Shown here: piece after piece, positions 55,519 to 55,859 of the stretch | Layout: each line of letters opens with the position of its first letter | Numbering within the stretch: the first letter of the stretch is position 1 | IMG/VR virus record: IMGVR_UViG_3300045988_036833 | Coordinates: 1-55,859 of that record | DNA length: 55,859 bases | Direction: 5' to 3' (one strand) | Origin: a virus | The notes under the pieces: model-generated | Database searches by the model: none | What the model was told of the DNA's origin: nothing | Seen by the model: the letters and a program-made list of their open reading frames with translations, nothing else | Program-made: the position numbers and the translations under genes

Positions 55519-55859
55519 ATGCCAAAAATATCAGACAATAACCTTGTTGAGAAAAGTAAATCCCTTGTTTGGGCGAAGTTCAGGGACTATACGGCAGGCG
55601 AACTTCGGTTGCTAGAGGTTTACTTGTCAAGAATAAATCCGAGAGACCCAAGCAGCAGCCGTGTGGAGTTCACTTTGGCGGAATACAGGGAGCTTCTTGG
55701 ACTGAAAAGCCTTGATGCACGAAGGATTGAGCCGCAGATCAAGCACTTTTTGGGCAATACGGTGTCGATTCCCATTGATAAAGAGAAGGGCACGTTTGAA
55801 AGCTTTGTCCTATTTACAAGGGCAAAACTAGACTATGTACCGGAAACAAGGTCTTATGT
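55519..55859 (+). CDS. rep: Rep_3/RepB-type replication initiator, N-terminal part (continues at 1..791 across the circular junction)
   Basis: MPKISDNNLVEKSKSLVWAKFRDYTAGELRLLEVYLSRINPRD...EFTLAEYRELLGL is the typical N-terminus of iteron-dependent Rep_3 initiators. The frame runs off the window end. Confidence 0.85.
   Translation, partial: MPKISDNNLVEKSKSLVWAKFRDYTAGELRLLEVYLSRINPRDPSSSRVEFTLAEYRELLGLKSLDARRIEPQIKHFLGNTVSIPIDKEKGTFESFVLFTRAKLDYVPETRSY

Overview
The window is one complete circular replicon. Nt 1-55 are identical to nt 55805-55859, which gives a unit length of 55,804 bp, and the rep ORF reads in frame across that junction. It looks like a temperate siphovirus-type phage kept as a plasmid (a phage-plasmid), with Firmicutes/Clostridia-like gene content; the host cannot be checked here.

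Layout:
- **Plasmid backbone (+ strand, 55040..4944):** oriV with 22-bp iterons, a Rep_3-type initiator, ParA, a small Zn-ribbon protein and an RHH protein. An AT-rich AAA+ ATPase / membrane-protein module is translationally coupled to them.
- **Late module (- strand, 28781 down to 4943):** TerL, two tRNA-type elements, a Dam-like methyltransferase (MTase), portal, scaffold, decoration protein, major capsid, connectors, major tail, a chaperone pair with a -1 frameshift, a 1403-aa tape measure, tail tip and fibre, GH25 endolysin, holin-type proteins and a sigma-like regulator. It ends in a cargo operon of Cys-rich and low-complexity proteins.
- **Accessory block (29100..34922):** a truncated serine recombinase, an antirepressor, Zn-ribbon membrane proteins and a small + strand operon.
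- **Gene-free region (35063..36834, about 1.75 kb):** a co-oriented AATAGTCG iteron array, an AT-rich core and a G-run tract.
- **Early/replication module (- strand, 52335 down to 36835):** Cro-like protein, Rha antirepressor, HNH endonuclease, Erf, SSB, C5-MTase, ASCH, RecU-like, MazG-like, TerS-like, Lar-like, replisome organiser and DnaB.
- **Regulators:** two XRE-type regulators with operator repeats at 52566..54954.

No integrase of the usual size, no CRISPR array and no rRNA are present.

The most unusual signals:
- A strictly 10-bp-phased AGCC array inside the RHH gene next to parA.
- The par-coupled AAA+/membrane-protein module.
- The iteron and G-tract region next to dnaB.
- C5-MTase motifs that are permuted and split over two overlapping reading frames.

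All family assignments come from motifs read by eye. No database search was run.
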